Shown here piece by piece: positions 11,757 through 25,344 of a DNA stretch of 64,000 nucleotides (position 1 is its first letter; the number at the start of each line of letters is the position of its first letter). The DNA is from Callorhinchus milii (taxonomy: Eukaryota), in contig NW_024704743.1 of assembly GCF_018977255.1 (NCBI RefSeq), positions 6,388,001 through 6,452,000 on the forward strand, written 5' to 3'. Both the position numbers and the translations under genes were made by a program. The notes below the pieces were generated by a model. It worked only from the letters and a program-made list of their open reading frames with translations. It was not told where the DNA came from and made no database searches.

Positions 11757-12770
11757 GTACATAAGAACATAAGAATTTGCAAAGCAAAAGAAGACCAAAG
11801 TTCATCTAGTTTGTCTTCCATTATTCTGGCAATCGCTTGACATGTCATGTCCCAAACTATACATTGTAACCTGAGATATTATTTTCTAGCAGAAATCTAT
11901 CTCATTTGTTCTTGAAACAAATTACATTTTCTGCTTCCATCATCGCCCCTAGGGAGCCTGTTCCATAAGTTTACTACTCTCTCACTAAAGTAGTGTTTCT
12001 GCAGATTTGTTCTCAATTTACCCCCTTCAGTCGTAGGCCATGTCCTCTGGTATTACTGTTCAGCACAAGGTAAAACAGCTTTATTTTGTACTGTTTTATC
12101 TTGTACTGAACAATAGAATCAGAGTACATGGTATACGACTGAAGTGGGTTAAATTCATAGCTTGTTTACCCTATGGTGAATCAACCATAAATCAGCAATT
12201 GTCCTCATGCAGCCTAAAAGACAGAAATTATAAAACAAACTTTCGATGGGTTGAACCCCACTGAAGGTTTCTTTTTGACTGTCATGGTCTACTTTATCTA
12301 TTCCCTTCAGAATCTTTAAGACCATAATCATATATCGCCCCTCACCTTCTCTTCTCCAGTGTGAACATGCTCAGTTTATCTAATCATTCCTTGTAGTCCA
12401 GTCCCTCCATCCACTCAATCATTTGGTTGCCCTCCTCTGTATCCTCTCAATCGCTGCAATATCCTTCCTATATTGCCGTGACCGGAACTGCACGTAGTGT
12501 TCCACGTGTGGTCGCTGATCGCCAAGTAATTTGCAAAGTGGCAGGATTACCCTACTATTTTGGCTCAATATTACTCTTTTAATACAGCTTAGCATCTGGT
12601 TTGCCTTACTCACTGCGACCGAGCACTGTTGGGAATCTTCATTTTATTGTCAATTAGGATCCCCAGGTTCTTTTTATCTTCTGTACAGATTATTTTCTTA
12701 CCATTTAACTAATAGTCCCTTCCTGGATTTTTTTTGTCTCCACGTGAAGCACTTTGCATTTCTCTACATT
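11757..12770 (-). mobile_element. CR1 LINE 3' fragment interrupted by an inverted local duplication
   Basis: acataagaacataagaa tail; RVVNLWNRLP, ILKGIDKVD and IERIQRRATK motifs on the minus strand. Confidence 0.85.
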
Positions 12771-15700
12771 TAAAATTTTAGTAATAATCCTTGCATTTGA
12801 TATAGTGCCTTATCACGTTGTTGAGACATCTTAAAGCTCTTCAAAGAATATATGTTAAGTGATTGACTGTATATTTTATGGACATAGACAGACGACCAGT
12901 TGCATCTACTGGACAGTCTAGGGCTGTATGGGACAGTCTAGGGACAGTGTGTGTGGTGCTTACGCCTCTCCCGGAAAATTTGAGCTCAACTGAACCACAG
13001 ATAGACTTCCCAGTCTCCACTTTCCATAAATCCAATTCATCAAAAACCTGCCTATCGTCTCTTTCACTCTAAGTTCTGTACACTTATTACTCCATCCTTG
13101 CGAGACTCACTATATCGACTTCAGGATCTTAATCCTTATTTTAAATTAATTTATGATCTTGCCCATCCCAACATTTGCAAAATCCTCGAATCCTTTCCTC
13201 CTGTTGGAACTGGGTGGGGAGGGGGTCGAGGCAGATGATGGTTGAGAGGGAGGGGGGCAAAGGAGGTTAGGAAAAGTGGAGTGGTAGGGGCTGTGGTGGA
13301 AGGAGGGGGTAGTGTAGATGGACTGGGGTGTACCGAAGGGGACGTAGGGGAAAAAGATTCAGCGAAATGGATATTTTCAATCTTTGACACAAAGAAGGCT
13401 AGGATCTCTTCACACTTGGTGTTTGAAATGAGGATGGAGGCAACTTGAGGGAGGGCTCGGAGGAGGTGAGGGATGGTGGAGAACAGTGGCTTTGGGTTGT
13501 TTTTGGTCTCCAAAATGATTTGGGATTAAACGAAAGGTTTGACCTGTGAGAAGGACATTGTGTTTTTGACATTTTTTGGACTGTGTGGCAAGTGAAAGTT
13601 TAACAAAGGAAAGGAAATACCAATTGGAATGGGAAGCACTACAAAGAAGAAGTTGAATGTTGATGTGTTTTAGAATTGAGCCAGTTTATACAAGTAAAGG
13701 GAAACCACGAATGGCAGGTGTAATCAATGCAGATAGCTTCTACTAATAACTGTTTATTAATAACTGCTGTGCGCATTCGGCTGCCGCATTTCACCCACAA
13801 AATACAATCTACTTTACAGCATATCCTGTGAAGCACTTTGAGATGTCTCAACGACGTGATAATGGCGCAATATCAAATGCAAGGATTATGGAACTCCATC
13901 CCGCAGTTCCTCCACCCCACCCTCTTCTTGCCTCCTTCAAGACACCCCTCTTCAACTGTGCCTTTGGGCACCCTCCTTCACCCACCCCGATCCCAACCCG
14001 CAGCTCGTGTCCGAAACACTGATTGTCCAGTACCTTGGGATGACATCAAGGGTGCTATACAAATGTAATTTTGTTGTTGTTGTTTGCTAACTTCTGAACA
14101 CCTGCCATGTACGCTTCCATATTTAAACTGCTCTCGGTTTTAGACGAAACACGTGAGAGAATTAATACAATATTTTTGTACTTCACCCAATATTACATTG
14201 CATCACACAGCTCTTATATTTTTTCATTATAATACCGCAATTGTTTTTACGCTAGACACACGAGAGAATAAGATGGAAGTATTTCACAGGGTTTACTGTA
14301 AAGTGTAGTGACTGTGCATTTTGTAGACAAAACTCTATAAAATGTTCTCACAGAGCCCATGATTTTTTTTGCATATCACAGAAACTTTGTCCTCTTTATT
14401 TTCCCATCATCGTTTATTGGAGGTCCAAAGTTTTAATGGTTTTAACCTGAAGACCATTGTCTTAAAATACAAGTTCCTGCAGAATTTTTGAAGAAATAAA
14501 GATTTGTCAACAACAACAAAAACAAGACAGTGCCCTTCACGAAATTCAAATGAATAAACAAAAATAAAATTAGAGATTAAAATTGCAGGTTTAATTTGTA
14601 ATCTGTTTTTGCAGGGTTTTTTAAGAACTGCTCCTAGACTCTGAACAATTTTGAGTTTTAAGACAATGGTCTGAAGGGCGACTAAAACCCGATGGAATTT
14701 TGAGTTTCTAATGTAAAAGATCTATTCCCGATCAAGTTTGCTTTGCTCAAGTGGTGTAATATCTGGACTCTAACCTGCATATTTATAATAATAATAATGA
14801 TCCTTACATTTAATATATTACCTTATCACATCTTCCAGACATCTCAAATCACTTAACAGAATATGCTGTAAAGTGAATTGTCTGTATATTTTGTGGGCAA
14901 AGTGTGACAGCCAATTGCGCACAGCAGTGTCCCACAAACGGTCGTAGATTGACTGACCAAATTATTATTAATTTTTTAAAAATGGTTTGAAGGGATTATT
15001 ACCCCCGTAAAAGCGATCTGGATTGGAACTTACTGCTAGGTAAACAGAGGCATGTGGAGTAAGAAAACTTGCCAAACGTTTTTCCCTGCCCGGGAATCAT
15101 ACCCAGGTCCTCTAGCTTGCGAGACGATTCCTCTAACCAAGACTCCACACTTAATATTATAAGGAAATTTTCCAGAAGTATTTGCCTGTCTCCGAAAGTT
15201 AATCAATGCAAAAATATCGAGATAACCATGTCTCTTGAAACCACATTCATGGAGTTGTATCAATACCAGCTTATTGTGGTTATCCTCCAATATAATAAAC
15301 CTGTAACAACCAATAGTTGTCAATTTGATCACTTCCATGTCTTTCTAATCATTCCTTTACATGGTTAGGGTCCAATCTCATTTTCCTGACCAATTCTTTA
15401 CCTGTGGCAAATTCTTTCATTATTTTGTTCAAATATCCATTTGAAAAAANTGTTTTCAACATTACATTTCATAGAATCATAGAATTATACAGCACAGAAG
15501 GAGGCCGAAGAGCTATTCAATTCAATCCCACTCCCCCGCTCTCTCCCCACAGCCCTGCAAACTTGTCCTCCCCAAATAATTATCTACGTCTCTCTTAAAA
15601 GATGTCCCTTTTAAGAGAAATGTCCCAGCACTTTGGGATGTCCTCCCGACGTGAAAAGCGCTCTATAAATGTAATTTTGTTGTTGTTGTTGTTATTGAAT

Positions 15701-18434
15701 TGGCTTCCACCACCTTTTCACGCAATACATTTTAGATCTTCACTTCCCCTCTGTTTCTTTTAACAACTATTTTAAGTCAGTGTCCTCGGGTTACCGACCC
15801 ACCCACCAGTGGAAATAGTTTCTCCTTGTTCACCCAAACAAATCCCCTCATAATTTTGAAAGCTTCTATTGGGTTTCCTCTAAACTTTCTCTGCTCCAAG
15901 GAGAATAATCCTAGCTTCTCTAGCCTCTCCTGAGTTATCATTCCATGAGAAAGGAATTTCACATTAGAACAAGAAGGTCCCAATCTAATTGTGTTTGCCA
16001 CCCCTCATTCTACAAGCTTTTTTTGATCAAACAATACTCTCAATAGCAACTATTCAGATTTATTAGGAACCCTTTCCAACTATGGGGTAGAACATGCAAT
16101 GTTTCATATCAGATTTGGTATGATGATTATCACATTTTTTACCCCATTGTTGCACTTCAAAAATTGTCAACTGTATCGAAAGCATAAATGGCAGTAGGAT
16201 AAATGCATATTAATGTATTTTCAGGTTTGCTCGATATATTACTTCCAATTTGTGACAATTATTTTTCTGGAGATATATTGTACACTCTATACTGCACTAT
16301 TACTAGATCAATGCATTTTGATGTTTTATTTGCAGTTGTAAATATAAGGACCAAGACATTTGCAAATATGTGTTCATCTAGTTATGAAAATTGTAAGAAT
16401 AACATTTGTAATAATTTTGCAATGAATTTCAATGTATATTGTAAACACAAATCAACTTACTAGTATGGTTATGTAGGTTGCGGGCAAAACATTTCTAATG
16501 CAAATGCTGATTTATGTATTTCAAGATGCAGAAGATTTGTTAATCTTGTCAAGTATTGTTTGTCAAGAACACATTGTTCATTATTCATTGAATAATAGCT
16601 TACTAAACAAACATTGTTCCATTTTCACAGAAAGTTCTGTTTTAAAATTCTAGTCATAAAATTACATCATTTCAAAATACTTTTTCCTCATTTATCCTTA
16701 TCTCAAATAATAATAAATAAATAATAATTTTTTGGTCACTTAATCCACAACTGTTTGTGGGACACTGCTGTGTGCAATTGTCTGCCACGTTTTGCCCACC
16801 GAATATACAGTCAATTCATCTCGAACACATGATCATCAAATCCAAGGTTATATTATTCCTATTGATGACGTTATCCATCAACATGGTGTTAATAGGAACA
16901 CGTTATCAGGAGTAGGTCATTCAGCCCCTCGACCATGTTCTACCATTCTATAAGATCATGGCTGATCTGTACCTCAACTCCAATTATCTGCCTTTGCACC
17001 ATATCCCTTGATACCTTTATCTAACAAATATCTATGCATCTCAGTCTTAAAAGTTTGAATGGATCCAACATCCACAGCCTCTTGGGCGAGACAGTTACAG
17101 ATTTTCACTACTCCTTAGGTGAGCACTCACCTCGCCTGCGAGAGACCTGGGTTTGTTTCCCGAAAGGGCGTATGGAGTAAGGAGACTTTCCCAACATTTC
17201 GCCCTTCCGGGAATCAAACCCAGGTCTCTCGCTTGCGAGTAAATGCTCTAACCACTGAGCAACAGAATTTCACTAATGTAGTGAACTTGTAAATCCACCT
17301 CGCCCCCTCCCTTGCCACTTTCAACACCCGTCTCAAGACCCTCTTCTTCGACCGTGCTTTCGATCTTCCTGCTTCCTCCCCTGCCCTCTTGGGTCTGTAA
17401 CTCTGTCTATCCAGCGCTTTGGGATGTCCTCCCGACGTGAAAGGCGCTTTACAAATGTAATTTTGTTGTTTTTGTTGTAAGTGGGTCACAGAAGAAGTGT
17501 TCAAAGAAGTGTTTCATTTTAATGGGATGCAACATAAAAGGTTAAGTAATAATCCCTTCAAAAAAAAACAATAATAATTTGGTCACTCAATCCACGACTG
17601 TTTGTGGGACACTGCTGTGTGCAATTAGCTGCCGCGTTTTGCCCACATAGTATACAGTCAATCCACTTTACAGTATGTTCTGTGAAACGCTTTAAGATGT
17701 CTCAAAGACATGATAAGGCATTACATCAAATGCAAGGCTTATTATTATTTATGAACCTTGTCAAAGTCATAATGATAATAATATGATCCTTGCATTTGAT
17801 ATAACGCTTTTTACGTCTTCTAGATGTCTCAAAGCGCTTCACAGAATAAACTGTAAAGTGAATTGACTGTATATTTGTGGATGAAATGCAGCAGCCAATT
17901 GCGCACAGCATTTTCCCACAAACAGTCGTGGATTGAAAATGACCAATTTATTATTGTTTTTTATCTTGAGGGATTATTATCAGGCGTGTGGAGTAAGGAA
18001 ACTTGCCCAAGGTTTCACCCCGCCGGGAATGGAACCCAAGTCAAAATGAGCTACAGGACTCCACAATGTCCTCACTATCTGCAACCAAATTCCTCTGTCT
18101 CCATGATCTGTCTGCCACTTTTGACACTTCATCACTCTATTCTTCTCACAGTTGCTCTTCCGTGATACACCATGGTTCTGTTCTTTCCTGGTTTCGCTCC
18201 TACCTAGCCCAGCACCTCCACCTTGTCCTATCTAACAGTTTCTCTTCCCACTCTTGCACATGTAGAGTTAATAATCCTTGCATTTGATAGAGTGTCTTAT
18301 CACGTCATTGAGACATCTCAAAGCACTTCACAGAATATACTATAAAGTGAATTGACTGTATATTTTGTGGGCGAAATGCAGCAGCCAATTGCACACAGCA
18401 ATGTCCCACAAAGAGTCATGGATTGAGTGACCAG

Positions 18435-18492
18435 ATTATTTATTTATTTATTTATTTATTCATTCATTCATTCATTCATTCATTCATTCATT
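18435..18492. repeat. Compound microsatellite (TTTA)n(TTCA)n inside a SINE
   Basis: Directly visible tetranucleotide arrays. Confidence 0.9.
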
Positions 18493-19245
18493 GAAGGGAT
18501 TATTACCCTCAAAAAGCTATCGACTAACAATCTGGTTCCTACTCACTGCTAGGTAAACAGAGTCTTGTGTAGTAAGGAAACCTGCCTAAGGTTTCGTCCT
18601 GCCCGGGAATCAAATCCGGGTTCTCTCGCTTGGGAGGTGAGTACTCTAACCAATAAGGTAGAGGTCCCCAGGTCTCTATCATCTACCCTTTCCTTGAAGA
18701 GGGATGAGGATGACCAGAGTGCCCTTCACCGCTTCTCAATGTGGTTCTTCAGGACAGTGTCCAGGCTGAAATTGGTGTCTACCACGACCCCAAGCTACCA
18801 ATAAGAATCAACAATTGGGACTGATGATTGACTGATTTCCTTCTCAGCAAACAATAGCCTGTTCACTCAATTTATTTGGCACTCTTCACATTGGGAAGAC
18901 ATCCCAAGGAGAAAGGCGCCAAATAAATGCGATTTGTTGTTGTTGACATGAATTTGGGAGAGTTGTGTGCCAAGTTGTATGCATATGAGAAGAAACCAAA
19001 GACGCAGTCAAAGAGCAAAGTCTTGAGATGGACATTGAAGGTGGTGAGGGAAGGGGCGAGGCGAAGGGACACCAGGATGGTATTCCTGAGAGCGGGAACA
19101 GAAAGACTACAAAGGCCCGACTGCCAACTTTCCCATCATCTCCACTATGCATCCGCTAATAGCTTCTACTCCAGCCCTCGCAATGTCACATGTGTCATTC
19201 CTCAGCGTTCTGTGCTTGGTCCTCTCTCAGTGATATTGTCTACAT

Positions 19246-19347
19246 CAGGGTGGTCCAACGTTTTGGATTCCTTATTTGAGAAAGGTCCATGGGCTACATA
19301 AGTAATACTTTGTGTTTCCCTTCCAGAAACATAACAACATTGACACA
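19246..19347 (-). mobile_element. Terminal fragment of the same hAT family as 4388-8599
   Basis: cagggtggtccaac..atttgagaaaggtccatgggctacataagtaatac..ttccagaaa resembles the reverse complement of 8480-8599. Confidence 0.65.
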
Positions 19348-19639
19348 GTACCTTTTTAATGCTGAAAGGATATCTCAAAGGTCTCCTAATGTGTAGGGTG
19401 ATCCAAGCAGGGCAAGAAGCAGGAAAGCTTGCCAGACTGCGATATCAATGGCAAGATATGTGGTTTTAGCTGGTTAGACTCCAGCAGTACCCCAATACAA
19501 ACTCTCGGGTCCCCAAGCCTTGTCTATTGTCAAACTGCGCCTAAAACTTTCCAGAATTAGGTAAGTAGCATCCCTCTAGGGAGAGAGTACGCATTCAATT
19601 CCAACAATCTATCACTAGAATTTCCATGTGTAATCCGCA

Positions 19640-20355
19640 TGGAAATTCTTTCTACCCCACATCTGTATCATGACCCGCTCTGCCTTCCCCCACCTCCAGA
19701 ACGTCGCCTGGTTCCGCCATTGTCTCACACCACAGACTGCTGAAACCCTCATAATTGCTTTCATTACATCAAGGCTTGACTATTCAAACTCATTGGTTGT
19801 TGACCTCCCCAACTCCTCCCTCCACGGGCTGCAGATCCAGAACTCTGCAGCCCGTGTCCTCTCCTGCATTAGGCGCCGCGACCCTTTCACCCCCATCCTC
19901 GCCCAACTCCACTGGCTTCCCATCACACAGAGGATACAGTTCAAGATCCTGGTCCTCACCTTCAAAGCCAAGCCGTACATGGTCTTGCTTTCCCCTACCT
20001 CTGCGACTTCCTAACCCCCTACCGTCCTGTTTGCTACCTCTGGTCAGCGGGTTTCGGCCTGCTTCACTTCCTCCGCCTCGCTTGCCCCACTATTGGCAGG
20101 CGGGCCTTGCGCCACTCCTCCCCTATCCTCTGCAACTCCATCCCGCAGTCCCTCTGGCTCGCCCCCTCGCTTGCCACCTTCAAGACCCATCTCAAGACCC
20201 TCCACTTCAACCGTGCTTTCGATCTCCCTGCTTCTCCCCTGCCCTCCACCCTCCCCCACCCTGACCCCCAGCTTGGGTCTGTAACTCTGACCAGAGTTGG
20301 GATGTCATCCCGATGCAAAAGGCACTTTACAAATTTAATTTTGTTGTTGTTGTTG
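19640..20355 (+). mobile_element. L2 3' fragment inserted into the unassigned retroposon
   Basis: FITSRLDYSNS..LHWLPITQRIQFK and (TTG)n tail; the host element resumes at 20356. Confidence 0.88.
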
Positions 20356-20949
20356 TAGGTGGGATGCATGGACTTCTCAATTTAGTTTGGATACACTTAA
20401 GCATGATGATGAGTTTCCGCATGTGTCAGACACTAAGCTGTTCAAAATAAAAACTGGTTCAAATTGGGAAAACAGCAACACAAACTTGTGGGACCAAGTG
20501 GCCTGATTCTAATGTAACATTCTATGCTTGTATGCTAAGTGTAAAAGAATGGAGAGACGGTGTAATGAATAATGAATAGGAGCACGGAATAAAGAGACTG
20601 GAAAGTAGAGACGAGAGAGAGAGAGAAATAAGGAGAAAGAAAAGCATTTGAATAAAGGATTCTTCATTTTGGTAATAAGTATCTGAGCCTATCCTAAAAT
20701 AAGAAGAGATCTGTGATCAATGAATAATAGCAATTAACATATTTAAACATTTTTTTTGAAGAATTTAATGTGAGAATAATATCAGGAACATTATTTTGGG
20801 TAAACCTGAGGACTCAAATACACGTTATCATAGCAAATACTTTGCTCCGTAATAATAATAATAGCAACAACAAGAAATTACACTTGTGTACCGTCCTTCA
20901 AGTCGGAAAGGCGTCCCAGAGTCCCGGATGGTAATAATAATAATAACGT

Positions 20950-21390
20950 TAATAATAATAACAATAATACTTACATTTCATACAGTGCCTTTGACATTGG
21001 GAAGATGTCCCAAAGCACTTAACAGGATATATACTGTAAAGTGTAGTGAATGTGTTTGTTTCGATTTGCATATAGCAAGGTCCCACAAACAGCCATGAAG
21101 TGAATGACCAATTTTAGGCCAGGATTGTTGGCCAAGACACCGTGGGAAACTCCCTTCTCTTTTCGAACACTGTAGTGCAATAGGATCTTTAATGCCCACC
21201 TGAACAAGCAGATGGGGCTTCAGTTTACCATCTCATCTGAAGGACAACACCTCCATTAATGCAGCACCCGCCCACCCCAGCACTGTATTGGAGTGTCAGC
21301 TTAGACTAAATGAGTTCCAAGTCGTGATCTGACGCATGAACACAACCTTCTGACTCAAAGATAACAGTGCTCCGAACTGCATCAGACTGA
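20950..21390 (-). mobile_element. DeuSINE-like (SacSINE1/AmnSINE-type) old SINE
   Basis: Reverse complement has a tRNA-like head, a Deu-like core (..cttcagatgagatggtaaactgaagccccatctgc..caggtgggcattaaagatcc..gagaagggagtttccc..gtgtcttggccaaca) and an L2-type tail; relics at 3290-3560, 8990-9100, 25190-25310, 31335-31450, 46790-47030. Family name recalled, not searched. Confidence 0.7.
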
Positions 21391-23589
21391 TACGATAATT
21401 TATATCAATAACATGCAATAAAAGCTATCATTAAAGTTGCAACAGATTTTTGTTATCAGAGCAAACGATTTGTGGGTAAGATAATTGACATGGACATTGA
21501 TATATCCAATGCAGTGCCAGGAAAACTTATTGTAATCAGAACTGAACCCTTTGCACGAGTTGTTCGCATTTGAAATGCACTGCCTGAAGTTGATAACATG
21601 AAACATATACTTGTAATGACTTTAATGCTGTAGATTTGTGAAATCTTGTTTAGTTGACTGGTATACAGTTGTATTTCTATGTACTTTGCCTGTAATTGAA
21701 ATTATTGAACTATAATGCTATACTATGAGTGCTTTACTATGAAGTTAATTTTTTTTTAGTGACTACTTTGTAACTTTTTGAATCATGCTAGGATTGAATA
21801 TTGTCTGCCTTATCTCTATCTAGTATCTTTGATCTGCCTTGTACAATTTTGCTTTAATCTCAAAAANTGTAAAAAGGCTGAATGAAACCATGGAAATGCA
21901 TTGATACAATCCATAAACAGGATTAAGAGGATTTTATTGATAAGTAGGTCACATTGCTTAGTATTGACCTGATGGATATTTATTATTCTTATTTGGTTTG
22001 TTACGTTATTGAGGAGTGATATTACCAAATGGTTTGTGTCTTATAATAATAATAATCCTTGCATTTGATACAGCGTTCAAGACGTCTCAAAGTGCTTCAC
22101 AGAATACACTGCAAAGTAAATTGACTGTATATTTTGTGGCAGCCAATTGCGCACCTCAGTGTCCCACAAACAGATTGAGTGACCAAATTATTATTATTAT
22201 TTGTTTTAATTTTTTTTGGAATGGATTATTACCCTGGAAAAGCGATCCGCCAACCAACTAACAAGTGGGTTCCTACTCACTGTTAGGTAAACTGAGGAGT
22301 GTGGAGTAAGGAAACTTGCCTAATATTTCGCCCAGCACAAGAATCAAACCCAGATCCTCTCGCTTGCGAGGCGAGTGCTCTAGGTGAGAGGTCTTGTGTG
22401 AGAGTTAGAATAAAGGAAACGTATTAGGATGGCCTTGGGTCATAAATTGGAGAAAATTAAGTGCAAAACATGGGTCAACTTCCACATGTATGCGGATGAT
22501 ATCCAACTCTATCTCTCTGCCTCCATGCTCAACTCCAAGATCATTGCTGTCCAGACAGAATGTCTGTCAGACATCAAGTCCTGGATGAGAGCTAATTTTC
22601 TTCAGTTGAATATTAGCTGAGATCGTCCTGATTGACTCTCATCAGTGCTTCCACACCTCAGGCACTGTCACCATCCACGGATACACCCTCCACCTCACTT
22701 AGCCAGGCTGGTATGTTTGCATCTTTTTGACCCTCAACTATCCTTTCTATCCCACATCCGTGTCATGACCCGCTCTGTCTTCTCCCACCTCAGCAATGTC
22801 ACCCGGCTCCACTCCTGTCTCTCCCCTCAGGCTGCCAATACCCTCATCCACGCATTCATCACATCTTGACTACATCAACTCCCTGCTTGTCGGCCTTCCC
22901 AACTCTTCCCCCCAAAAGCTGCAGATCATTCAGAACTCTGCAGCTGTGTTCACTCCCACACCAGGCTCCGTGATCCTATCACCTCCATCCTCTCTCGGCT
23001 CCATTGGCTTCCCATCCCCCAGAGGATAGAGTTCAAAATCCTTGTCCTCATCTTACATAGCATAGATGTATTTAAGGGAAAGCTAGAAAGGTACATGAGG
23101 GAGAAAGGAATAGAAGGTTATGCTTGAAGGCTTAGTTGAGGAAGGGCAGGAAGAGGCTCATGTGGAGCATAAACACCGGCATAGACCATGTGGAGCATAA
23201 ATACCGGCATAGTTGGACCGAATGGCCTGTTTCTGTGCTGTACATGTCCTCCTGACATGAAAGGCGTAATACAAGTGCAATAAAACCGTTCTAACTAAAT
23301 ATCAAGTAATAAAACAGTCCTAATAAAAGAACAGAAATTAATCCTTGAATTTGATATAGCACCTTATCACGTTATCAAAACGTCTCAAAGTGCTTCACAG
23401 GATTAACTGTAAGAGACAGTGATCAGATTTGCAGTGGTAAATTTGGTAGCCAATTTGTGCACAGAAATGTCCCAAAACAGCCATGAAGTGAATGACAAAT
23501 AAATGGGAACAGCTGATACAAGGGTTGCTTGATAAGTAAAGAAATTAAAATAAAAGTTAAGAGACAGTATTGTGTCCAGTTTCGGTCAC

Positions 23590-24715
23590 CCCACAGAACA
23601 TTGTATGTCTAAGGGGAATACACATTCTGGATAAAATCCAAGATTTGTCCGTGTCCTCCCATGGCTTCCAGTTTCATCATGAGGGCTCATGAGGCACTGT
23701 CTTGAAAGCCTCATGGAAATCGATGAACTTAATATTTGCTCTTAACCTTATGACCTTCTGCGATCTCATACTGAGCAGAAGCCAGCCTGATTGATCTGCG
23801 AGCCTCCAATGCATGTGATACTTGTGCAATGTCTACCCAAGCCACCACTGGATAAGCCACTAAAATCAGTGAGATCCCTCTGTAGTTCTCAGTCTCACTA
23901 GGGTCACCCATCTTGGGATAGAAACCACAATTGCATTCTTGCATTCTTGAATACTGGCAGAGTGCGTGGCTCAGAAACAGAGTACTGTTGAGTAGCAATA
24001 GGGCAGTTCCAAGGCGAGTTAGAGATTCCTGGCTGGGACCTGTAAGATCCTCACCATTCTCCATCCCCCCCTCTCTGAGCAGCATTTAGGAAATCAGCAT
24101 TAAGGCTGTCTGCACCAGCTCTCTTGCCATCAGCAAGGTGGGGAGTTTACCTCCTCCCTAGAGATTGGGTGTGGAATCAGGGTGAGGAATCAGAGAACAA
24201 TCCTCTAACTGCAGTTTAACTGCAGTCTCTCTTTTAACTTTAATTTTCGTTTTAATTTCTCCACTTATCCACACCACCCACCAGCTCTTCAATCCTCCAT
24301 GCAGATGGATTTCTGATGCGGGCTGCTGGGTCAGATGCCAACTCCATATAATGCTCCCTCCAAACCCTAAAGATACCCTTATGAGTCCGTTGTAGAACAC
24401 TGGACTTGTCCAATCCTGACAAGGGCCCCTCCGGCAATGACAGACTTCAGCCGAGAAAGAAAGGTTTGGGATCATACTTGTGTTATTGCACCCCCTTGTG
24501 GAGTGATGCGACCCCTTTTATTCTCCTTCATTTCTATAAATAACCGTCCTGGCTTTGTGCTGTGCTTGGCCGTAAATTGCCTTTGCTAGAGTTTTAGCTT
24601 GCTCCGAGGAAGCGTCCAAAACTGCTTTAATGGCCCTCTTCTTTTGCCTAGTCGCTCTCCTTCCCTTTTTGGTTACCTAGGCAGGGTTCTGCTTTAGGTA
24701 ATCTGTGACACAGGG
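23590..24715 (-). mobile_element. Decayed RTE/RTEX-like LINE reverse-transcriptase fragment
   Basis: Minus-strand frames give VWREHYMEL, ISREEV, GKRAGADSLNADFL, PKMGDPSETENYRGISL and a frameshifted IDF..AFKTVPHE.LMMKLEAMG.HGQILDFIQNVY; distinct from the local CR1 and L2 copies. Confidence 0.7.
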
Positions 24716-25344
24716 TGTGGAATCAGAGAAGGCAGCACACAATGAGAATTTGATAGAGTGTGCACATGAACTGACAACTGGCAAATTAAGTTTAATATAG
24801 ATAAACGCAATGTACTACATATATGGAAATAGGAACAGGAGTAGGCCCATTCAGCCCCTCAAGCCTTCTGTATTTTCCCGAATAATAAAAACCTTCTCAA
24901 CAAACCTTCCCTGGACTTATACTTGCTCTCCAACTACCACCCCATTTCCGACCTTCTTTTTCTTTCCAAAGTCTTGTAATAAGTTGTTGCTTCCCAGCTT
25001 CACTCCTCTCCTCTACCACCACTCCCTCTATAAACCCCGCAGTACAGAGGTTGGAAAGGAAAGGGAGGTTGGAGATGGGATAGTAGTTGCAATAGTAAAC
25101 CTACGCCACATTTTTGCCATTATCAGTGGCCAAGACTTTTAAGTCATTGCCCTCTCTATCTGTCTCTAAATCCCACCTTAAAACCATCCTTGCGATGAGA
25201 CCTTAAACCAAGGCACCCATCTGCATATTCAGGTGGGGGCTGTTTAAGAACCCATGGCACTGTCTGAAAAGAGAAGGGAGTTTCTCCCAGTGTCCTGGAC
25301 AACAATCCTCCAATTAAGAAGATAAGAACCTAAGAATTTGCTTG

